Notes under the pieces: model-generated
What the model was told of the DNA's origin: nothing
The model's input: only the letters and a program-made list of their open reading frames with translations
Database searches by the model: none
NCBI GenBank assembly: GCA_943359365.1
Contig: CALRHG010000003.1
Span: forward strand, 1 to 41,773
From: Candidatus Nomurabacteria bacterium
GTDB lineage: Bacteria; Patescibacteriota; Minisyncoccia; Phycocordibacterales; UBA9973
Direction of reading: 5' to 3'
Length of the DNA: 41,773 bases
Shown here: positions 31,577 through 39,828 of the stretch, in pieces
Layout: every line of letters begins with the position of its first letter
How positions within the stretch are numbered: the stretch's first letter is position 1
Made by a program: the position numbers and the translations under genes

Positions 31577-31620
31577 ATTATATTACAGAAACAAAGTTTC
31601 GCGAAACAAAATGTGTATAA
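31577..31620 (-). promoter_or_regulatory. Promoter of pilN-like unit with 12-bp palindrome and DnaA box
   Basis: TATAAT 31582-31577; GTTTCGCGAAAC 31596-31607; TTATACACA 31620-31612. Confidence 0.55.
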
Positions 31621-31636
31621 CTCAGTCTTTTGAAGG

Positions 31637-32773
31637 CTATTGAAGCTTCCTGAGAGCTAAACCGAGCGCGACGGCGAATTCGGAGCCCATCGTTTCCAGC
31701 ACTTTGGACAGAAACTCCGGTGCGTTGACCTTGGAAAATGGCAGCCCTACCTCTATTTCTACCCGAAAATTGCTTGCTGAGGCTTCTTTGAGTCCCTTCA
31801 AGAGCGACCCGCCGCCGGAAAATATTATTTTGCTGATGGTTCTGTTGTATTTTTTTTCATATCCCAAGAGAACGTTGTTGGTCTCGGAAAGAATGTAGTC
31901 CACGTGAATCTTAATGATGTCGGATAAACTTTTCTCCGCCGGATTTCCGAAAAGGCCGAATTCCTTTTTCATTTTTTCCGCTTCACTAAAAGGTATGCTT
32001 AAAGATTTAGAAATAGAGTCGGAAATATCGGCTCCTCCACGGTCCACCGTGTGGTAGCTTTTCACCATGCCGAATTCAATGATGGAGAGTTTGGTGCGCG
32101 ACGCACCAAAGTCGATTAGCAGGACCGGAGAAAGCTCGTGCTCGAAATTCGCTCTGATCGAAGAAAATATTTCAATCTCAAAAAAAGACGCATTCATCTG
32201 ACTCTCGCGCACGATGGAACGATATTTGGAAGTCGCGTCATTTTGAGTGGCCACGACGAGCACATTAGTTTTGTCTACTGGCTTTTGCGGAACTGCCGCT
32301 ACCGCATTATTTTCGGTGATGCTCATTTCTTCGAAAGAAGCTTCTTTTTTCGGCAGAATAAAATAATCAAGAGAGACTTCGGTAATGGGCACCGGAATAT
32401 ATTTGCGGGCTTCAGTGGAGACGATTTCCGCCATTTGTTTTCCCTCCACGTGGATTGGAAGCTCAATCGTAAAAATCAGGCTTGACTGCACGGGAATAGA
32501 GAAACCCGCCGAAGTGCTGATCACTCCGGATTGTTTCAAAACCTCTTTGAGAGCTTCGGCCAATTTTTCCACCGGCAGATTGGTGACGCGACCCACGTCA
32601 AGACTCCCGTAAGGGCCGAGAGCTATCGCTCCGTATGTTTCGAGAATTGCTCGGCCTCCTTTTCTTTTTATCTCCACAACCTTGATCGCGGAAGAGCCGA
32701 TATCAATGCCGACAGCGCTACTGTCAGCGCCGCCTCCGAAGCCTGAGAAGATTTTTTTCAATGGATTATCCAT
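31637..32773 (-). CDS. pilM: Type IV pilus assembly protein PilM
   Basis: VGIDIGSSAIKVVE, EARKYIP, LIDFGASRT, SGGGSLLKGL, AVALGLALR. Start ATG 32773. Confidence 0.92.
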   Translation of the reverse strand: MDNPLKKIFSGFGGGADSSAVGIDIGSSAIKVVEIKRKGGRAILETYGAIALGPYGSLDVGRVTNLPVEKLAEALKEVLKQSGVISTSAGFSIPVQSSLIFTIELPIHVEGKQMAEIVSTEARKYIPVPITEVSLDYFILPKKEASFEEMSITENNAVAAVPQKPVDKTNVLVVATQNDATSKYRSIVRESQMNASFFEIEIFSSIRANFEHELSPVLLIDFGASRTKLSIIEFGMVKSYHTVDRGGADISDSISKSLSIPFSEAEKMKKEFGLFGNPAEKSLSDIIKIHVDYILSETNNVLLGYEKKYNRTISKIIFSGGGSLLKGLKEASASNFRVEIEVGLPFSKVNAPEFLSKVLETMGSEFAVALGLALRKLQ

Positions 32774-32795
32774 TTGTGCTAGGATTATATCATAT

Positions 32796-33461
32796 ATGGC
32801 GTTTTTAAACACTCTACTGGATATAATCTTTCCTGCGCGCTGCATATCCTGCGGAAAAAATGGCAAGGATTTTTGTATCGAATGCATCTCTGACGCGCCC
32901 GCCGCAGAACGCGAGACGGCCAAATGGATTTTTCCCCTGTATGATTATCGCCACCCGCCGATTAAAAAGGCTCTGTGGCTGCTCAAATACAAAGGCAAGA
33001 AAAGATTGGCAAAAGCTTTTGCGGAAATTTTGTATGAAAAAATTATGGAAGAACTCTCCGAACTTTCGGTGATGGAAAATTTCAGGGATGCTATTTTAAT
33101 ACCCATTCCCCTCTCAAATAAAAGATACCGCGAGCGAGGATACAATCAGGCGGAATTGATTTGCAGAGAGTTGGTTAAAATAAATCATCTACGCTATGGC
33201 GTAGATATGCAATTAGAAAAAAATATTTTAATCAAACCAAGAGAAACAGAGCATCAGGCGCGAATCAGGGACCGCAAAGAGCGCCTAAAAAATATTGTCG
33301 GATCTTTTGCGATAAAAAATGAAAGTGAAAATAAAATAAAAAACAAAAATATAATTTTGATAGATGATATTACCACCACAGGAGCGACCCTAGCCGAAGC
33401 CAGAAAAATTTTAAAGCAAGCAGGTGCGAGAAAAATAATAGCCTTCACCGTGGCGCATTAA
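32796..33461 (+). CDS. comF: ComF family competence phosphoribosyltransferase-like protein
   Basis: FPARCISC...C..C, LKY, PIPL...RGYNQA, LIDDITTTGAT. Start ATG 32796. Confidence 0.9.
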   Translation: MAFLNTLLDIIFPARCISCGKNGKDFCIECISDAPAAERETAKWIFPLYDYRHPPIKKALWLLKYKGKKRLAKAFAEILYEKIMEELSELSVMENFRDAILIPIPLSNKRYRERGYNQAELICRELVKINHLRYGVDMQLEKNILIKPRETEHQARIRDRKERLKNIVGSFAIKNESENKIKNKNIILIDDITTTGATLAEARKILKQAGARKIIAFTVAH

Positions 33462-33486
33462 GATATGATAGTATTAGTTAGCAACT

Positions 33487-34062
33487 ATGATGGAGCTTTT
33501 GATTACATATAAATATCTTATCGTCGTCCCGCTGGCTATTATCGAAGGTCCGATCATTTCCGTGATCTCCGGCTTTTTGACGACGCTCGGGGTTTTTAAT
33601 CTGCCGCTGGTATTTTTGGTGCTGGTCTTGGGCGACATTGTCGGGGACGCCATACAGTACAGCCTCGGATATTGCGGAAAAAGATTCTGCGGAAAAAAAG
33701 TTCTGAATTATTTCAAAGTAAACGATGAGAATTTAGAGAAAGCAAAAATATATTTCAGCAAAAATCATACAAAAGCGATCATTGCTTCCAAGCTGATGTA
33801 CGGCGTCGGATTTTTCGGACTGGTGGCAGCCGGCATGCTGCGCGTCCCTTACCCCAGGTATTTCAAAACTTGCGCGATCATTTCCGTCATCCAGTCGACG
33901 GTGATGGTCACTGCCGGAATATTCTTCGGGCAGGCATATGTGGTCATCGGAAAATATTTTGATTATTATGCGGCAATCACGAGCGTAGTAGCTCTCTTCA
34001 TAGTATTTTTCATTTTATTCAGAAAATATAAAAATAAGGTTGCTAAAAAAATAGAATTATAA
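33487..34062 (+). CDS. DedA family membrane protein
   Basis: EGP, GDIVGD..QYSLG, AAGMLRVPY; hydrophobic pattern. Confidence 0.82.
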   Translation: MMELLITYKYLIVVPLAIIEGPIISVISGFLTTLGVFNLPLVFLVLVLGDIVGDAIQYSLGYCGKRFCGKKVLNYFKVNDENLEKAKIYFSKNHTKAIIASKLMYGVGFFGLVAAGMLRVPYPRYFKTCAIISVIQSTVMVTAGIFFGQAYVVIGKYFDYYAAITSVVALFIVFFILFRKYKNKVAKKIEL

Positions 34063-35237
34063 TGCAAGCGCCGCAGAAGAAACTGAATATCGCGATGGTG
34101 TGCGACCCTATCGGCAACAACAAATCCGGCGTGGTAGTTTCTACCATGCGTTTTTCAAAATTATTAAAAGAACGCGGGCATCATGTTATTTTTATCGGCG
34201 CAAAATCAAAAGAGCACAGAGATCACAGCTATCATGACGGCGTAAAGGCTTACCGCTACCGCAGCCTGCCGGTGCCAAGGTCAGGAGGCTGGAATCTGGC
34301 TTTTCCTACAGTTAAGGAACTAAAGAAAGTTTTTCAGGAAGAAAATATAGAGGTGGTTCACATAATCCTACCGATGTCGGGCGCTATCGCGGCGATCAAG
34401 GCGGCCAAAGCTCTCGGAATAAAAATTGTGGCGCATTCTCATTCCCAGCCGGAAAATTTATTCATGGATATGCCAAAGTTAATTCAGCCTTTGCTCGGCA
34501 GACTCTGGAACAAATACCTGACTTGGATTTACGGCAAGTCAGATATATTGATTTACCCCACAGAGATGGCGCACAGTTTACTTGAAAAATTAAATAATAA
34601 AAATCACCCGTCGGCGGTAATAAGCAACGGAATAAATTTAAAAGAATTTAGACCTATGCCGATTGGTAACTTCTGCGAAAGATTTAATATACCCGAAAAT
34701 ACAGTAAAATTATTATTCGTCGGCCGGCTCTTTCCGGAAAAATCAATTGACACACTAATCAAAGCGATACCTTTCATTGTTAAAAAACATCCGGACACGC
34801 ATGTGATGATAGTCGGCGGCGGACATCAAAGAGCCAAACTGGAGAACCTTGTGCAGAGCCTCAACATCGGCAGATACGTAACTTTTCTAGGGTTGGTGGG
34901 TGAGGAAGATAAAATATTGGCATACAACGCGAGCGACATATTCGTCCTGCCTTCCTTGGCTGAGCTCGAAGGTATGGTGGTCCTCGAAGCCATGGCTTGC
35001 GGCAAGCCGATCATCATCGCTGACGCGCCCATGAGCGCGTCGCGATATTTTGTAGACGGCAACGGATTCTTGTTTAAAACTAAAGATCATGAGGATTTGG
35101 CGCATCAAGCTTTGAAACTAATTACGGACGCAGAGCTGCGCAAAAAGCTGGGCGAGGCTAGCCTCGAGAAAAGTAAAAATTATGATATAGAGCGCAGTGT
35201 AGATTTATTAGAGAAAGTTTACCGGAACGAAAAATGA
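34062..35237 (+). CDS. GT4 glycosyltransferase (DAG alpha-glucosyltransferase-like)
   Basis: SGVVVS, ISNGI, FVGRLFPEK, FVLPSLAELEGMVVLEAMACGKP. Confidence 0.88.
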   Translation: MQAPQKKLNIAMVCDPIGNNKSGVVVSTMRFSKLLKERGHHVIFIGAKSKEHRDHSYHDGVKAYRYRSLPVPRSGGWNLAFPTVKELKKVFQEENIEVVHIILPMSGAIAAIKAAKALGIKIVAHSHSQPENLFMDMPKLIQPLLGRLWNKYLTWIYGKSDILIYPTEMAHSLLEKLNNKNHPSAVISNGINLKEFRPMPIGNFCERFNIPENTVKLLFVGRLFPEKSIDTLIKAIPFIVKKHPDTHVMIVGGGHQRAKLENLVQSLNIGRYVTFLGLVGEEDKILAYNASDIFVLPSLAELEGMVVLEAMACGKPIIIADAPMSASRYFVDGNGFLFKTKDHEDLAHQALKLITDAELRKKLGEASLEKSKNYDIERSVDLLEKVYRNEK

Positions 35238-36049
35238 AAGAATTTTATTTAAAAAATGAAATATATTACAGGACGAATGAATTTGAGCCGGAGAGGCCGA
35301 CTTTGGTCTTCGTCCACGGGCTTTCCGGCTCATCTTCCGCCTGGCTGCCCTACGAAAAAATATTCGAAAATAAATATAATCTGGTGACTTTCGACATTCG
35401 CGGGCACGGAAGGTCGAAAAAATTTCCAAACTATCCTGATTATGAAATCAAAAATTTTGCGGAGGATTTGCACGAACTAGTTTCTCATCTAAATATATCT
35501 AAATTTGTCATGATCAGCCATTCATTTGCGAGCCTGATCGCGGCAGAATATATAAAACAACATCCGGAAAACGTTTCGGCGGCTGTTTTTCTTTCGCCGA
35601 TTTTTGACTTAGAAAAAAGCTTCCTATCTAAAATTTCTCGGCTCATACTCGCGCTTTCTAAAATTTTCAGCTGGGTGCCTTTTAAGTCCAAGGTAGGGCA
35701 TCACGTCAACTACGCTAAATTCCCGAATTCCACCGACTGGAGCCCGAGGAGATGCTACGCGGATATTTCCAACACTACCCTGCGGACTTACTCTTATTGT
35801 TTAAGACAATCGGTCCAAAAAGAGCAGGAGCATTTTTTAGAAAAAATAAAAGTGCCGACTCTGATCGTGCACGGAGTGAAAGACACGATGTCGCCCGTAA
35901 AAAATTCTGTCGCTATTTCTAAAAAAATAAAAAATTCCGAGCTGGTGCTCATTGCCAAAGCCGATCACATCGTAGTGCTGAATAATATAGAGGAAGTATC
36001 GGCGATAATCGAATCTTTCGTATCCAAAAACAAACATATTTTGTTTTAA
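35234..36049 (+). CDS. Alpha/beta hydrolase
   Basis: FVHGLSG, DIRGHGRS, SHSFA nucleophile elbow, HGVKD, ADH. Confidence 0.87.
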   Translation: MKEFYLKNEIYYRTNEFEPERPTLVFVHGLSGSSSAWLPYEKIFENKYNLVTFDIRGHGRSKKFPNYPDYEIKNFAEDLHELVSHLNISKFVMISHSFASLIAAEYIKQHPENVSAAVFLSPIFDLEKSFLSKISRLILALSKIFSWVPFKSKVGHHVNYAKFPNSTDWSPRRCYADISNTTLRTYSYCLRQSVQKEQEHFLEKIKVPTLIVHGVKDTMSPVKNSVAISKKIKNSELVLIAKADHIVVLNNIEEVSAIIESFVSKNKHILF

Positions 36050-36075
36050 AATAAATAATCTGCTAGAATCATATT

Positions 36076-36714
36076 ATGAAGTCTTATAAAATACATTTTT
36101 CTGACCGAGTTTTCGTCCTTTCTTTCCTCTCCGGCGCCCTACTGCTTGCGATTAGCATGGTCGCGCAATTTTATTCAAGCATTTATGCCACAAACGTATC
36201 GAGCGGCCACGTGACCGACATCGTCCTTTCCAACACCAAAGCGTATGACTTGGACGGCACTTTTATTTGGGGCACGGTGATCCTTTTTTTTGTAGCGCTC
36301 CTCGTAGGCATGAGCAGGCCAAATTATCTGCCCTTCATGATGAAAAGTATAGCGATCTTTACGATAATCAGATCGATTTTTGTCAGCCTTACGCACATCG
36401 GGCCGTTTATAGACCGGATAGAAATCCGTTCGGTTATTTTTGCAGATCGTTTTTGGGAAACTATCTTCGTCGGCAATGACCTTTTCTTTTCGGGACACAC
36501 GGGGATACCTTTCCTCTTGGCGCTCATCTTTTGGCATAACAAACCTCTGCGCTTCCTATTCCTCGGCTTTTCCGTTATGTTCGCAATCGTCGTTTTGCTC
36601 GGGCATCTGCACTATTCCATAGACGTTTTGGCGGCCTACTTCATTACTTACACGATTTTTATCATGTGTAAATATTTATTCGAAAAAGACTGGCAGTTGT
36701 TTTTGAAAAAATAA
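36076..36714 (+). CDS. PAP2-superfamily membrane enzyme, sphingomyelin-synthase-like (PAP2_C)
   Basis: DLFFSGHT and HYSIDVLAAY motifs; about six TM helices. Confidence 0.8.
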   Translation: MKSYKIHFSDRVFVLSFLSGALLLAISMVAQFYSSIYATNVSSGHVTDIVLSNTKAYDLDGTFIWGTVILFFVALLVGMSRPNYLPFMMKSIAIFTIIRSIFVSLTHIGPFIDRIEIRSVIFADRFWETIFVGNDLFFSGHTGIPFLLALIFWHNKPLRFLFLGFSVMFAIVVLLGHLHYSIDVLAAYFITYTIFIMCKYLFEKDWQLFLKK

Positions 36715-36743
36715 AAAAGAAAACTCTTTCTTGGCATACTTTT

Positions 36744-37970
36744 TTAGTTCCACATATCCCAAATCATGCCGGCGATGTTTTTTGGCTTGCCTTCGAGCGC
36801 GTAGTAATGCAGGTCGATAAAAGGCAGCGTGTTGCATTCGATAATCCCCCATTTTTGCGAGGATGCATCTTTGGTCGGGTCCGGAATAATTGCATCAAAG
36901 CCCACCACCGACAAGCCCGTCACTTTTGCGGCTTTTTCAAAAATTGGGATAAAACTCGGATGGAGACTGCCGATCATTTCTATGGTTTTTCCCCCGAATA
37001 ATCTGCCTATGCGATGCGAGAGAGGTAAATTTATTCCGGCGGGCAAAATATCAGAAATTGCAAATCCGGCCCGGCCCAGATGGTCATGCAATTCTTTGGA
37101 AATACGCACAGGTTCAACCCTGTTTTGCCTTTTTTTGTCTAAATCTTCTATTAATTCTTTGATAGTTTTCTTGCCGTCGCCCGCGAGTGTGGGAGCAATC
37201 CCCCGGTAAAATCCCGCGAGAGTACCAGCAACCAAAGTCGCCCGGCAGACACTGCCGGAGAGATGTTCTTCTACGACCAGATACGGACATATTTGCGCTG
37301 TAATATCAATGCCATCTTTGAAATGCTGTAAGCTGTGGATATTTGTGATGGTATGCCTGCCGCGAGAGCCTACCCGCGGTTTGACGATTACCGGTTTTGT
37401 AAATTTATAAAATACCTTCTCCGCATTTTTAGAACTAAAAAAAGACAAAGGAGAGAGTTCGGAATATGCCGGAATAGGAATATTCTGCTTCCCGAATTCT
37501 TTTTTGAGCATGATTTTATCATCCCAATTTTTGCTCATGTCTATAGATTCCGGCCTTATGGGAATGCTTTCAAAATAAAAATATTTTTCTTTATGTTTAT
37601 CTTGATTTTTTATCTTGAGCATCGCCCGATATTGGTCGAGCGGCTTACCCAAGAATATTACCTGCTCCATAATTATCCCCCTCCTCTTTGCTTCTTCCCA
37701 GATGATTCTCGAGCGAAAAGTGGCTGACCTCTCCACATCTCCGGAGAATTTCGCAAGGCGCAAAAATACTAATGTTCTAAATAAAAATTCGGGAACCAGA
37801 TCAACGAAATCTTTTACAAAAAAGGGCACATATTTTATAAGTTTTTTAACGTGATTATCGAGAGTAATAAAGATCATGTTCTCGAAAAAAGAAAAAGCGT
37901 GGTTCACGGGAGCATCTCCACAATAAGAACACGAGCTTTTTTTAACATGTGGTTCGTTTACTTGCATCAT
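36744..37970 (-). CDS. ATP-grasp protein related to the cyanophycin synthetase / GshAB ATP-grasp domain
   Basis: EEAKRRGI, DDK, PVIVKP..GSRGR, GDGKKTIKELI, GFDAII, IIECNTLP; N-terminal CSYC. Confidence 0.75.
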   Translation of the reverse strand: MMQVNEPHVKKSSCSYCGDAPVNHAFSFFENMIFITLDNHVKKLIKYVPFFVKDFVDLVPEFLFRTLVFLRLAKFSGDVERSATFRSRIIWEEAKRRGIIMEQVIFLGKPLDQYRAMLKIKNQDKHKEKYFYFESIPIRPESIDMSKNWDDKIMLKKEFGKQNIPIPAYSELSPLSFFSSKNAEKVFYKFTKPVIVKPRVGSRGRHTITNIHSLQHFKDGIDITAQICPYLVVEEHLSGSVCRATLVAGTLAGFYRGIAPTLAGDGKKTIKELIEDLDKKRQNRVEPVRISKELHDHLGRAGFAISDILPAGINLPLSHRIGRLFGGKTIEMIGSLHPSFIPIFEKAAKVTGLSVVGFDAIIPDPTKDASSQKWGIIECNTLPFIDLHYYALEGKPKNIAGMIWDMWN

Positions 37971-37977
37971 AATTCAG

Positions 37978-38012
37978 AAAAAGACAGCCGAGATTACTAG
38001 GCTGTCTCTTTT
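37978..38012 (-). terminator. Intrinsic terminator just upstream of the ATP-grasp gene
   Basis: AGACAGCC-TAGTAATCTC-GGCTGTCT followed by TTTT. Confidence 0.72.
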
Positions 38013-38144
38013 ATATCTTTCGAAATACTTTTTGTAAATAAGTCACTTTTAGTGGTCTCCTTTAATCATAAAAATTATTGAGTTTTAAATTGATAATAAC
38101 CGACCAATCTATTGTATCACACTTTTTAATCTAACAAGTCCTTG

Positions 38145-38960
38145 TTATTTGCTCTGGTTTATGACCTCTTTTATCTGGTCTATTATTTCATTAGGGGTAA
38201 CTGTAGCTTTCACCAAGAAACGCTCCGCTCCGAGGCTCTTACCTTTTTCAATATCTGCCGCTTGCCCCAGATTGGAGAGGAGAATGACCGGTATGTGCTT
38301 GATTTTCGGGTCGCTCTTAATGCGCCTCAGGATTTCAAAGCCGTCCATGCCGGAGAGAATAATATCAAGCATCACAATATCCGGCATCTCTCGATCAATA
38401 ATTTTCAAAGCGTCCTCGCCTTCGCTCGCGTGGAAAAAAACACATTTAGTTGAAGCAAATTTTCGGGCGATGATGTCGTTGAGAAATTGATCATCTTCCA
38501 CCCAGACTATTTTCTTACCTTCTAGGCTGGCCCCGCTTTCTTTTTGATTAATCGCTCCTTCTAAAGATTTTACGGAAGCGGAAGATTCTTCGCCCTTTGT
38601 AATCTGCGCCCGCACTTTTACCAAAACTTCCTCCGGATCAAACTGAGCTTTGACCAAGTAGTCTTTGACCCCGAGAGCGAGCGCCCGATTGATCTCGACC
38701 GGCTGGCCGGAATTGGAAACAATAATGACCGGAATTTTCGCCAAGACCGGATCTTTCTGCTGAGCTTCCAGTATCTCGTAGCCGTTCATGCCGGGTAGAA
38801 TAATATCGAGCAGTATCAAATCCGGCCCGAAAGATTTCATCTTGGCAAAACCTTCCGATCCGTCCCGCACTAGCACAGCTTCAAAGCCTTCATTCTTGAG
38901 CTTCTGCAAAAGCACATCACCCAGGAACACGTCGTCTTCAATTATTAAAATTTTCTTCAT
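38145..38960 (-). CDS. Tandem double-receiver response regulator, no output domain
   Basis: IIEDD...LLDIILPGMNG...LVK and WVEDD...MLDIILSGMDG...LVK. Confidence 0.9.
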   Translation of the reverse strand: MKKILIIEDDVFLGDVLLQKLKNEGFEAVLVRDGSEGFAKMKSFGPDLILLDIILPGMNGYEILEAQQKDPVLAKIPVIIVSNSGQPVEINRALALGVKDYLVKAQFDPEEVLVKVRAQITKGEESSASVKSLEGAINQKESGASLEGKKIVWVEDDQFLNDIIARKFASTKCVFFHASEGEDALKIIDREMPDIVMLDIILSGMDGFEILRRIKSDPKIKHIPVILLSNLGQAADIEKGKSLGAERFLVKATVTPNEIIDQIKEVINQSK

Positions 38961-38971
38961 GTTTTTTTAAA

Positions 38972-39823
38972 CTAACCAACATTACTTTGTAATGGCACAG
39001 TAAAGTAAAAAGTCGTCCCCTTGCCCTCCTCTGTTTCAAACCAAATCTTTCCGCCATTTTTTTCGACAACAGTTTTCGCGATGTATAAGCCAAGACCTGA
39101 ACCGTCCGTTTCTTTTTTGAGAGCATTGCGCGCTCGGAAAAATTTGCTGAAAACTTCTCCCTTCTGATCTTCGGGAATACCGATGCCGCTGTCAGCAATG
39201 GAAACTAGCAGATATTCGCCGTCTTGTTTTACATCAATGTATATCTTCCCTCCGTCTATTGTATATTTAATAGCATTTTCCAGCAAGTTCTGCAGAACTG
39301 CGCGCATCGTTTCCGGATCGACATACGCCTGCGGCAAGTTTTCAAACTTATTTTTGTAAATAATCGAGATGTTGCGCTTGGAAGCCGTCGGCGCAATTTC
39401 AAAAAGCACATTGTGCATCAAGTCTATAATATCAAGATGCTTGAATCCGTAGTGCACTCGGCCGGACTGGATGCGGTCGGCGACCAGCATGTCATTCACC
39501 AAGGTGATCATGCGGGCGTTGCTCTCATAAATTTTCATCAAAAAAGTTTTTTGCTCGTTGTTGAGCTCGCCCATGTCGCCGCTTAAAAGCATGGAGAGCG
39601 TCCACTTCACGCCGGAGAGCGGAGTACGCAGCTGGTGCGCTACTACAGAAATAAAGTCGGACTTGACGCTGTCGAGCTCCTGCAGTTTTTCGTTGGCGCG
39701 GGTCAGCTCCAAATCTCGGCGCACGAGCATCCTCGCGCTTTTTTCCTGATCGACCAAGAGACTCTTCAGCTCCGCGGTTCGCTCTCTGATTTTTTGCTCT
39801 AATTCGCTTTCGTTCTCGCTCAT
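38972..39823 (-). CDS. Cytoplasmic histidine kinase (HisKA + HATPase)
   Basis: AHQLRTPL, NLLENAIKY, DSGIGI, GSGLGL; N-terminal coiled coil, no TM segment. Confidence 0.93.
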   Translation of the reverse strand: MSENESELEQKIRERTAELKSLLVDQEKSARMLVRRDLELTRANEKLQELDSVKSDFISVVAHQLRTPLSGVKWTLSMLLSGDMGELNNEQKTFLMKIYESNARMITLVNDMLVADRIQSGRVHYGFKHLDIIDLMHNVLFEIAPTASKRNISIIYKNKFENLPQAYVDPETMRAVLQNLLENAIKYTIDGGKIYIDVKQDGEYLLVSIADSGIGIPEDQKGEVFSKFFRARNALKKETDGSGLGLYIAKTVVEKNGGKIWFETEEGKGTTFYFTVPLQSNVG

Positions 39824-39828
39824 AGTAA

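Noticed and set aside
24040-31620. Replication origin from DnaA boxes
   Set aside because: Boxes are single and kilobases apart; no cluster, dnaA or dnaN nearby.
32682-32923. Apparent head-to-head overlap of pilM and comF
   Set aside because: Artefact of longest-ORF starts; ATGs at 32773 and 32796 remove the overlap.
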